Assembly: GCA_023136205.1 (NCBI GenBank)
Contig: JAGLRQ010000022.1
Coordinates: forward strand, 1 to 5,832
Direction: 5' to 3'
DNA length: 5,832 nt
Source of the DNA: Candidatus Auribacterota bacterium
GTDB taxonomy: Bacteria; Auribacterota; UBA6266
Shown: positions 1 to 5,619 of the stretch, one piece after another
Numbering within the stretch: position 1 is the first letter of the stretch
Layout: the number at the start of each line of letters is the position of its first letter
Program-made: the position numbers and the translations under genes
The notes under the pieces: generated by a model
Seen by the model: only the letters and a program-made list of their open reading frames with translations
What the model was told of the DNA's origin: nothing
The model's database searches: none

Positions 1-653
1 TCCTCTATAAGAGGATTTGCCTGGTGGTGAGGAAATGTTCCATCCGGTTCAAAATACATTGGAATAACTTTTACAGGCAGCTTTTCAAGAATAGGAGTTA
101 CCATTTTACCTGCCATGCCGCTGCCGGCATCAATGACAATTTTGAAGGGCTTAATTTTCGAGGGATTAATAAAACTTAAAACATGCTTAACATAGTCAGC
201 CCAGATATTTTTGTTATAGAGGTTGCCTGTTGTTTTAGCATTTTCAAACTTGTTGGCAATAACCATCTTCTTTATGTCCTGAATGCCCGTATCGCCGCTA
301 AGGGGTATCGATCTTTCCTTTACAAGTTTCATGCCGTTGTACTGTTTCGGATTATGAGAGGCGGTGATCATAACTCCACCGTCAAAACCGTACATAGCAA
401 CACCCACATAAAGCATATCTGTACCAACCATCCCAAAGTCCGTCACATTAGCACCCTGATCGATGACCCCTTTGATAAATGCTTTTGCGAGGGCAGGCGA
501 TGAAACCCTCATATCCCTCCCCACTGCAATATTCTTTACTTTAAGGAATGAAACAAAAGCTCTTCCAATACGGTATACTATCTCATCATTAATATCTTCA
601 GGGTAAATACCCCTGATATCATAAGCTTTAAATATCGATTCGTTTATCTTCAT
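1..653 (-). CDS. Phosphomannomutase/phosphoglucomutase (alpha-D-phosphohexomutase family), N-terminal ~217 aa; 3' end lies beyond the window start
   Basis: My own translation of the minus strand from ATG at 653..651 is open all the way to position 1: MKINESIFKAYDIRGIYPEDINDEIVYRIGRAFVSFLKVKNIAVGRDMRVSSPALAKAFIKGVIDQGANVTDFGMVGTDMLYVGVAMYGFDGGVMITASHNPKQYNGMKLV...IDAGSGMAGKM...EPDGTFPHHQANPLIE. It has the family N-terminus (F-K-A-Y-D-I-R-G) and the phosphoserine loop T-A-S-H-N-P (Ser codon at 357..359). It also has the FPxHxxNP motif of domain II. An AAGGGGA Shine-Dalgarno lies 7 nt upstream. The gene is absent from the supplied ORF track only because no stop codon falls inside the window. PMM versus PGM specificity cannot be decided from this fragment. 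Confidence 0.88.
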   Translation of the reverse strand, partial: MKINESIFKAYDIRGIYPEDINDEIVYRIGRAFVSFLKVKNIAVGRDMRVSSPALAKAFIKGVIDQGANVTDFGMVGTDMLYVGVAMYGFDGGVMITASHNPKQYNGMKLVKERSIPLSGDTGIQDIKKMVIANKFENAKTTGNLYNKNIWADYVKHVLSFINPSKIKPFKIVIDAGSGMAGKMVTPILEKLPVKVIPMYFEPDGTFPHHQANPLIE

Positions 654-660
654 AAGATGT

Positions 661-667
661 TCCCCTT
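661..667 (-). promoter_or_regulatory. Shine-Dalgarno (AAGGGGA) for the phosphohexomutase gene
   Basis: Plus-strand tcccctt at 661-667 reads AAGGGGA on the minus strand. It sits 7 nt upstream of the ATG at 653, inside the 28-nt gap after the nfnB stop codon (682-684). Confidence 0.6.
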
Positions 668-681
668 ATCTTGCTGTTGAA

Positions 682-2115
682 CTATAGATTGGATAAATAT
701 TCATGAATAGAGGCAGCGGCTATTTTACCCGCCCCCATTGCCTCTATAACAGTCGCGGATCCTGTAACAATATCACCACCGGCGAAGACTCTCTCACGGC
801 TGGTTTTACCGGTATCGGAAGACGTAACAATATTACCCCACTTATTAACTTTTAACCCGGGAGTTGTTTTTTGAATTAGCGGATTCGGATCATTTCCTAT
901 CGCAATAATAAATGTATCTATTTTTACCCTGAACTCGGAGTTTTCTATTATCATAGGCCTTCGCCTTCCCGAATCATCCAGTTCTCCAAGCTTCATTTTT
1001 ATACACTCCACTTCCTTAACCTTACCGCTGTCACCGCATATAAACCTCACCGGGTTTACAAGAAAATGGAATTCAATGCCTTCCTGCTCAGCATGATGTA
1101 TTTCCTCTATCCTTGCGGGCATTTCTTCTTTTGAACGCCTGTAAAGAATTATAACCTTATCCGCGCCAAGCCGTACCGCAGTCCTTGCGGAATCCATTGC
1201 TACATTCCCGCCGCCTACAACTGCAACAGTTCCTCCGCGCGCGATTGGGGTACCGTACTCGGGAAACTTATAAGCCTTCATCAGATTCGCTCTGGTTAAG
1301 TACTCGTTAGCCGAATAAATTCCAACACAATTTTCACCCGGCAAGTTCATAAATTTAGGAGCTCCCGCCCCTGTTCCTATAAATACCGCATTAAAATTTC
1401 CGTTTAAAAGATCATCTATAGTATCTGTTTTTCCAATTACGGCATTTGTTGCCAATTTTACACCCAGGCTTTCCACATATTTTATTTCACTGCTGACAAT
1501 ATCCTTTGGAAGCCTGAATTCCGGGATACCATATACAAGAACACCCCCCGGTTTATGAAGAGCCTCAAAGATTGTAACGTTATAACCGATTTTCGCGAGA
1601 TCGCCCGCGACTGTAAGCCCTGCCGGGCCGGAACCTACAACAGCAACGCTTTTGCCTGTTTCCTTAACTTCGGGAACATTTTGAACTTCTATGTGTTCTC
1701 TCTCATAGTCAGCAACAAATCTTTCCAGCGTGCCTATTGCCACAGGATCGCCTTTTTTACCCAGGATACACACCTTCTCGCACTGGTCTTCCTGAGGGCA
1801 TACACGCCCGCATACAGCAGGAAGAGAATTTGTTTCTTTGATTTTTCTCGCCGCTTCAATAAATTTTCTCTCCGTAACAAGTTTTATAAACTCCGGGATT
1901 TGAACTCTTACAGGACAACCCTGAACACACAAAGGGTTTTTACACTGAATACACCTGGACGCTTCTTTTACAGCCTGTTCTTCGGTGTAGCCAAACGGAA
2001 CCTCCAGGAAGTTTTTAATCCTTTCATGAGGCTTCTGTTCGGACATTTTTTGTCTTGGAATCTTTTCAGCCACTTTAAAATCCTTTACAACAACCTTCCT
2101 GTTTCTCCTCACCAT
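682..2115 (-). CDS. nfnB: NfnB-type subunit: GltD-like (glutamate synthase small-chain family) NADPH-dependent FAD/[4Fe-4S] oxidoreductase. This is the large subunit of NADH-dependent reduced ferredoxin:NADP+ oxidoreductase (also annotated SudA / sulfide dehydrogenase alpha)
   Basis: The N-terminal region has two Cys clusters (CIQCKNPLCVQGCP and CGRVCPQEDQCEKVC) typical of the GltD/NfnB 2x[4Fe-4S] domain. Two Rossmann dinucleotide motifs follow (VAVVGSGPAGLTVAGDL and VAVVGGGNVAMDSART), then the C-terminal FAD motif VFAGGDIVTGSATVIEAMGAGK. It is paired immediately downstream of a PyrK-like subunit, which is the NfnA/NfnB arrangement. The track ORF begins at TTG 2163. I prefer ATG 2115 (477 aa), which is preceded by GGAGA at 2119-2123. 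That site also keeps the weakly conserved K-I-P-R-Q..Q.P segment that ATG 2046 would remove. The start codon remains uncertain. Confidence 0.85.
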   Translation of the reverse strand: MVRRNRKVVVKDFKVAEKIPRQKMSEQKPHERIKNFLEVPFGYTEEQAVKEASRCIQCKNPLCVQGCPVRVQIPEFIKLVTERKFIEAARKIKETNSLPAVCGRVCPQEDQCEKVCILGKKGDPVAIGTLERFVADYEREHIEVQNVPEVKETGKSVAVVGSGPAGLTVAGDLAKIGYNVTIFEALHKPGGVLVYGIPEFRLPKDIVSSEIKYVESLGVKLATNAVIGKTDTIDDLLNGNFNAVFIGTGAGAPKFMNLPGENCVGIYSANEYLTRANLMKAYKFPEYGTPIARGGTVAVVGGGNVAMDSARTAVRLGADKVIILYRRSKEEMPARIEEIHHAEQEGIEFHFLVNPVRFICGDSGKVKEVECIKMKLGELDDSGRRRPMIIENSEFRVKIDTFIIAIGNDPNPLIQKTTPGLKVNKWGNIVTSSDTGKTSRERVFAGGDIVTGSATVIEAMGAGKIAAASIHEYLSNL

Positions 2116-2911
2116 ATTTCTCCATCTTACTGTAGCTTTTGAGCCTCCTTGAAAGCTCGTCAAAATCTACCTTATGTCCGTCAAACTCGGGTCCGTCCAC
2201 ACAGGTAAATTTGGTTTTACCTCCCACGGTGACACGGCACGCTCCGCACATTCCCGTACCATCAACCATAATAGGATTTAAACTTACCATAGTTTTTATA
2301 TTAAACTTTTTCGTAACTTCGCATACAGCTTTCATCATTGGAACAGGGCCAACCGCCAGAACCTCAGCAATTGTATCCTTACCCGCAATAATATTTTTAA
2401 GAGCGTCCGTCACAAAACCTTTTGCGCCATAACTTCCGTCATCAGTCGTTATATAAACCTTATCGCTTATTGTTTCCATTTCATCTTCAAGAATAATAAG
2501 TTCTTTATTCCTCGCTCCGATAACAGAGATAACATTATTACCCGCTTCCTTAAAGGCTTTTGCGACGGGATAAACTACAGCCGTTCCGACACCGCCGCCT
2601 ACAACCACAACAATTCCTTTTTTTTCTATTAGAGTGGGGCTGCCCAGAGGGCCGGCAACATCAAGTATTTCTTCTCCGGCATTTTTAGAGACTATCTTTC
2701 TGGTAGTTTCCCCTACAGCCTGAACAATAATTGTTATTATCCCTTTATCGCTGTCTGAATCAACAATTGTAAGAGGGATTCTTTCACTAAGCTCATCAAG
2801 CCTCAAGATTACGAACTGGCCGGGCTTCCTTTTTAAAGCAATTTTTGGAGCTTCCAGGTCCAGCCTGTAAACATCTTCAGAAAGCTGTTTTTTTGAAACT
2901 ATCTTAGACAT
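2075..2911 (-). CDS. nfnA: NfnA-type subunit: PyrK-like (ferredoxin-NADP reductase fold) FAD/[2Fe-2S] electron-transfer subunit (also annotated SudB / sulfide dehydrogenase beta)
   Basis: 278 aa. It has an FNR-like FAD domain (KPGQFVILRL, ERIPLTIVDSD) and a nucleotide-binding glycine stretch (VVVGGGVGTAVVYP). The C-terminal cluster motif D-x4-C-x2-C-x11-C (VDGTGMCGACRVTVGGKTKFTC) fits the Asp+3Cys [2Fe-2S] ligation that I recall for Thermotoga NfnA. The start is ATG at 2911..2909, with AGGA (2919-2922) 7 nt upstream. The start overlaps the end of the preceding gene by 13 nt. Confidence 0.85.
   Translation of the reverse strand: MSKIVSKKQLSEDVYRLDLEAPKIALKRKPGQFVILRLDELSERIPLTIVDSDSDKGIITIIVQAVGETTRKIVSKNAGEEILDVAGPLGSPTLIEKKGIVVVVGGGVGTAVVYPVAKAFKEAGNNVISVIGARNKELIILEDEMETISDKVYITTDDGSYGAKGFVTDALKNIIAGKDTIAEVLAVGPVPMMKAVCEVTKKFNIKTMVSLNPIMVDGTGMCGACRVTVGGKTKFTCVDGPEFDGHKVDFDELSRRLKSYSKMEKYGEEKQEGCCKGF
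2119..2123 (-). promoter_or_regulatory. Shine-Dalgarno (GGAGA) for the preferred nfnB start, embedded in the 3' end of nfnA
   Basis: The minus strand reads ATGGAGAAATATG. The spacer to ATG 2115 is short (3-4 nt), so support is only moderate. Confidence 0.45.
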
Positions 2912-3453
2912 TTTCTTTTCCTTTTATACACATCATTACCCTTCACATCGTTTACTACGATAAGAGGCATATCTTTAACTTCAAATTTGTAAACTGCTTC
3001 CGGGCCAAGCTTCTTAAAAGCAATACATTCACTTTCAATAACATGCCTGCTAACCAGCGCTCCCAATCCTGCCGGAGCGGCAAAATAAACAGCCCGCTTT
3101 TCCTTTATAGCACCAACAATTTCAGAAGACCTCTCCCCCTTACCTATCATTCCTTTAAGCCCGAGACTTAAAAGCTTGATTGTGTATTTATCCATTCTTG
3201 AACTGGTCGTAGGCCCGCATGAACCGGCATGCCCTTTAAACCTGGCAGAAGTCGGCCCGCAGTAATATATGACCTGCCCTTTCATTTCAAAAGGCAGTTT
3301 CTTTTTCTTTTTAATCATTTCCATAATAAGTCTGTGAGCCTGGTCTCTCGCGGTATAGATAGTACCGGAAAGATATACAATATCGCCTGAACGTAATTTT
3401 TTAATTACGCTTTCCGCGAGAGGAGTTTTTATGTTAGAAACTTTTTTATTCAT
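2899..3453 (-). CDS. fumB: Class I (Fe-S dependent) fumarate hydratase, beta subunit (Fumerase_C domain; Fe-S hydro-lyase, tartrate/fumarate subfamily)
   Basis: Family motifs are present: LSGTIYTARDQAHRLI, YYCGPT, GPTTSSRMD and MIGKGERS. It lies immediately after the alpha subunit. The track ORF starts at GTG 3465. I prefer ATG 3453..3451 (184 aa) because it forms an ATGA overlap with the alpha-subunit TGA stop (3452..3450), which indicates translational coupling. Sequence alone does not fully exclude L-tartrate dehydratase (TtdB). The TCA context favours fumarase. Confidence 0.85.
   Translation of the reverse strand: MNKKVSNIKTPLAESVIKKLRSGDIVYLSGTIYTARDQAHRLIMEMIKKKKKLPFEMKGQVIYYCGPTSARFKGHAGSCGPTTSSRMDKYTIKLLSLGLKGMIGKGERSSEIVGAIKEKRAVYFAAPAGLGALVSRHVIESECIAFKKLGPEAVYKFEVKDMPLIVVNDVKGNDVYKRKRKCLR
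2919..2922 (-). promoter_or_regulatory. Shine-Dalgarno (AGGA) for nfnA, inside the 3' end of the fumarase beta gene
   Basis: The minus strand reads AAAGGAAAAGAAAATG, leaving a 7-nt spacer to ATG 2911. Confidence 0.5.
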
Positions 3454-4292
3454 AATTTGATACACTTATATCTTGATGAATGGCAATTGATATTTACGGC
3501 GACAGGAAGGCTGGCAATGTGGCACTCTTTCATCTCAATGTGAACCGCAAGCGCTGTTGCTTTTCCGCCGAAACCTCCGGGGCCGATTCCTAAAGAATTA
3601 ACCTTCTTAAAAATACGGTTTTCCAATTTTTGAAGGCTTGCTTTCTTATTCTTTGATCCAACACGCCTGAAAAGAGCCTTCTTCGCGAGCGCCGTTACTT
3701 TATCAAAAGAGCCTCCTATTCCAACCCCCAGAATAAAAGGAGGACACGCGCTTGCTCCCGCCAGCGCAACTGTTTCACAGATAAAATCTTCTATGCCATC
3801 GATACCATCCGATGGAGTCAACATCTTAAGCCGGCTTTTATTCTCACTGCCTCCACCCTTGCTCATTAAATACAACTTGATTGATTTACCCTTTATATAT
3901 TCAACATGTATTAGGGGGGGAAGGTTGGTATTCGTATTGCGCCTCGTGACAGGATCACAGACCGATTTTCTTAAATAACCCTTTTTATAGGCGTCTTTAA
4001 CACCGTCATTAATAGCTTTTACAAGCGAACCGTCTAAAGAAACATCTTCTCCCGCCTCAACATAAACCACCGCAAGGCCGCAATCCTGACATAAAGGAAC
4101 CTGTATCTTTCCTGCAAGTTCCGCGTTCAGGAGAATGTTTCTTAATGTAAACCTGCCAAGAGACGAGGTTTCTTTTTTTAAAGCTTTTTTAAGAGCAAAA
4201 ATTACATCAGAAGAAAGATCATAATTTATATCTATAAAAGCTTCGGAAATTTTCCTGCTAATATCTTTTACTTTTTTCATTTTTGCCGTCAT
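3450..4292 (-). CDS. fumA: Class I (Fe-S dependent) fumarate hydratase, alpha subunit (Fumerase N-terminal domain)
   Basis: 280 aa. All three expected cluster-ligand Cys contexts are present: PLCQDCG, ASACPPFILGVGIGGSFD and VAVNINCHSSRY. No in-frame start exists upstream of ATG 4292, because there is a TGA at 4307..4305. A second in-frame ATG at 4280..4278 (MKKVKDISRK...) is equally or more plausible, since ATG 4292 lies inside the hairpin repeat. Neither start has a recognisable Shine-Dalgarno. Confidence 0.85.
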   Translation of the reverse strand: MTAKMKKVKDISRKISEAFIDINYDLSSDVIFALKKALKKETSSLGRFTLRNILLNAELAGKIQVPLCQDCGLAVVYVEAGEDVSLDGSLVKAINDGVKDAYKKGYLRKSVCDPVTRRNTNTNLPPLIHVEYIKGKSIKLYLMSKGGGSENKSRLKMLTPSDGIDGIEDFICETVALAGASACPPFILGVGIGGSFDKVTALAKKALFRRVGSKNKKASLQKLENRIFKKVNSLGIGPGGFGGKATALAVHIEMKECHIASLPVAVNINCHSSRYKCIKL

Positions 4293-4349
4293 GCTGAACT
4301 TGTTTCAGCATCATGAATTCTTAAGATCCCGAAACAAGTTCGGGATGAC
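4288..4349. repeat. Inverted pair of 25-nt hairpin-forming repeat units separated by 12 nt (REP/MITE-like structured intercistronic element)
   Basis: Unit L is 4288-4312 (gtc atgctgaa cttgt ttcagcat c). Unit R is 4325-4349 (g atcccgaa acaag ttcgggat gac), whose reverse complement is gtc atcccgaa cttgt ttcgggat c. Each unit folds into a perfect 8-bp stem with a 5-nt loop. The units match at 21 of 25 positions. The four differences are two compensatory pair swaps (G:C to C:G and T:A to C:G). The 12-nt spacer atgaattcttaa contains GAATTC and CTTAAG palindromes. Confidence 0.8.
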
Positions 4350-4401
4350 ACAACGACTGAAGCTCCACGGACTTACGTACGGGGAATTTCGCGAAGGCGG
4401 A

Positions 4402-5610
4402 TTAAATATTCTCAACCACCTTTTCGGCAAACTGCGAAGTCTTAAGTTCAGTCGCGCTTTTTAGCAACCTTGCGAGATCATAGGTAACAAAACCTGATGA
4501 AATTGTTTTTTCAAGAGCATTTTTTATCGCTTGAGATATTTCATTCCAGCCGAGGTATTCAAGCATCATACATCCGGAAAGAAGCAGTGACCCGGGATTA
4601 ACTTTATCTTTATTAGCATACTTCGGAGCTGTTCCATGTGTAGCCTCAAACAGAGCGGCAAAATCGCCAATATTCGCGCCGGGAGCCATTCCTATCCCGC
4701 CAACCTGAGCCGCGATAGCATCTGAAATATAATCACCGTTAAGGTTAGGGGTAGCAAGAACACTAAAATCATCCGGCCTTAAAAGCGCAAGCTGAAACAT
4801 AATGTCAGCTATCCTGTCTTTTAAAATCACCTTTCCTTCAGGGCACTTGCCGTTATATTTTTCCCAGAGATCATCCTCGGATATAACAGTGTCTTTAAAT
4901 TCTTCCTCTGCAAGTTCATAACCCCACTGCCTGAATGCCCCTTCAGTATATTTCTGAATATTGCCCTTATGAACCATAGTTACACTGGAGCGTCCGTTAT
5001 CCAGCGCATGCCTTATAGCTCTCCTGATAAGCCTCTTTGAACAAAACTCGCTTATAGGTTTTATTCCTATACCGGAATCTTTGTGTATATCAACACTGAA
5101 TTCGCTTTTCAAGTACTCGATTATCTTTTTTGCTTCTTCACTGCCTTCCTGCCATTCAATACCGGCATAAACATCTTCGGTATTTTCCCTGAAGATTATC
5201 ATATCAACCTTTTCAGGTTCTTTTACCGGGCTCGGCACACCCGCATAATGCTTAACAGGCCTTACACACGCGTAAAGATCAAGCTTTTGCCGAAGGGTTA
5301 CATTAAGGCTTCTTATTCCTCCTCCTACAGGAGTTGTAAGCGGCCCTTTAATCGCGACAGTATATTCTTTAATTGCCTTTAACGTGTCTTCAGGCAGCCA
5401 GTCTCCAACTTTGTTATATGCTTTTTCTCCGGCATATATTTCTTTCCACTCAATTTTTTTCGAGCCGCCGGATACTTTTTTGACCGCACTGTCTATTACA
5501 AAACTCGCGGCTTTCCATATATCAGGGCCTGTCCCATCCCCTTCGATAAACGGAATTACCGGGTTATCAGGAACATTAATCTTATTGTTTTTAATTGTAA
5601 TTTTTTTCAT
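4402..5610 (-). CDS. icd: Isocitrate dehydrogenase, NADP-dependent, homodimeric prokaryotic type (E. coli Icd-like)
   Basis: It is collinear with E. coli Icd as I remember it: [99 protein letters not shown] and [24 protein letters not shown] in GGGIRSLNV corresponds to the isocitrate gamma-carboxylate binders Ser113/Asn115. K-Y in TAPKYA, together with Y and R in VTYDLARL, correspond to the E. coli NADP determinants K344/Y345/Y391/R395. The track start is GTG 5619, directly abutting the upstream TGA. I prefer ATG 5610 (402 aa, [10 protein letters not shown]...). Either start is possible. Confidence 0.93.
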   Translation of the reverse strand: MKKITIKNNKINVPDNPVIPFIEGDGTGPDIWKAASFVIDSAVKKVSGGSKKIEWKEIYAGEKAYNKVGDWLPEDTLKAIKEYTVAIKGPLTTPVGGGIRSLNVTLRQKLDLYACVRPVKHYAGVPSPVKEPEKVDMIIFRENTEDVYAGIEWQEGSEEAKKIIEYLKSEFSVDIHKDSGIGIKPISEFCSKRLIRRAIRHALDNGRSSVTMVHKGNIQKYTEGAFRQWGYELAEEEFKDTVISEDDLWEKYNGKCPEGKVILKDRIADIMFQLALLRPDDFSVLATPNLNGDYISDAIAAQVGGIGMAPGANIGDFAALFEATHGTAPKYANKDKVNPGSLLLSGCMMLEYLGWNEISQAIKNALEKTISSGFVTYDLARLLKSATELKTSQFAEKVVENI

Positions 5611-5619
5611 ATTTTTCAC

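Noticed and set aside
247-254. Extra matches to the repeat loop core (aacttgtt at 247-254; aacaagtt at about 1877-1884)
   Set aside because: These are 8-mers inside coding sequence with no flanking stem complementarity. Chance occurrences of this kind are expected in AT-rich DNA.
183-503. Plus-strand 106-aa ORF from the supplied track
   Set aside because: It lies wholly antisense to the phosphohexomutase gene, whose minus-strand frame carries unmistakable family motifs (TASHNP and others). The plus-strand product is low-complexity, has no recognisable motif and has no SD. It is a shadow ORF.
1555-2432. Plus-strand ORFs 1555..2142 (195 aa) and 2139..2432 (97 aa)
   Set aside because: Both are antisense to nfnB and nfnA, which have strong domain signatures. 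The plus-strand translations are rich in F/L/S/R, as expected when an AT-rich, Lys/Glu-rich gene is read backwards. No motifs and no RBS were found. They are shadow ORFs.
3298-3312. Run encoding five consecutive lysines (MIKKKKKLPF) in the fumarase beta subunit as a possible slippery or frameshift site
   Set aside because: The codons alternate AAA/AAG, so there is no long homopolymer. The frame continues normally into conserved motifs.
3914-3920. G7 (C7 on the coding strand) homopolymer inside fumA, and C6 at 1544-1549 inside nfnB, as possible phase-variation tracts
   Set aside because: The tracts are short and encode sensible residues: Pro-Pro in NLPPLIH, and Pro-Gly-Gly in HKPGGV of the FAD motif. 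They lie in housekeeping genes, and both frames are intact. Nothing suggests slipped-strand switching.
3793-3978. Plus-strand 61-aa ORF
   Set aside because: It is antisense within the fumarase alpha gene and has no supporting signal.
4258-4314. Possible 18-codon leader/uORF on the minus strand (MMLKQVQHDGKNEKSKRY, ATG 4314 to TAG 4258) overlapping the fumA start
   Set aside because: It has no SD. Its first half is simply the repeat unit read in one frame, and its second half is the out-of-frame 5' end of fumA. It is more likely an artefact of the repeat than an attenuator peptide. It would be worth revisiting only if Ribo-seq shows initiation there.
4288-4349. Interpretation of the hairpin pair as a Rho-independent terminator for icd (or, on the plus strand, for anything else)
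   Set aside because: Neither orientation has a U/T tract after the stems. The minus strand continues GGCAAAAAUGAAAAAAG and the plus strand continues acaacgactgaagc. The downstream fumAB genes also have no obvious promoter of their own, so read-through is required.
4293-4401. Sigma70-type promoter for fumAB within the spacer
   Set aside because: The only -10-like hexamer (TAAGAA/TAAGAAT in CTTAAGAATTC, minus strand) has candidate -35 hexamers (TTGTTT, TTGTGT) at about 8 and about 24 nt, not 16-18 nt. This is not convincing by eye.
5083-5382. Plus-strand 99-aa ORF
   Set aside because: It is antisense within icd, whose minus-strand product is collinear with E. coli Icd over its full length.
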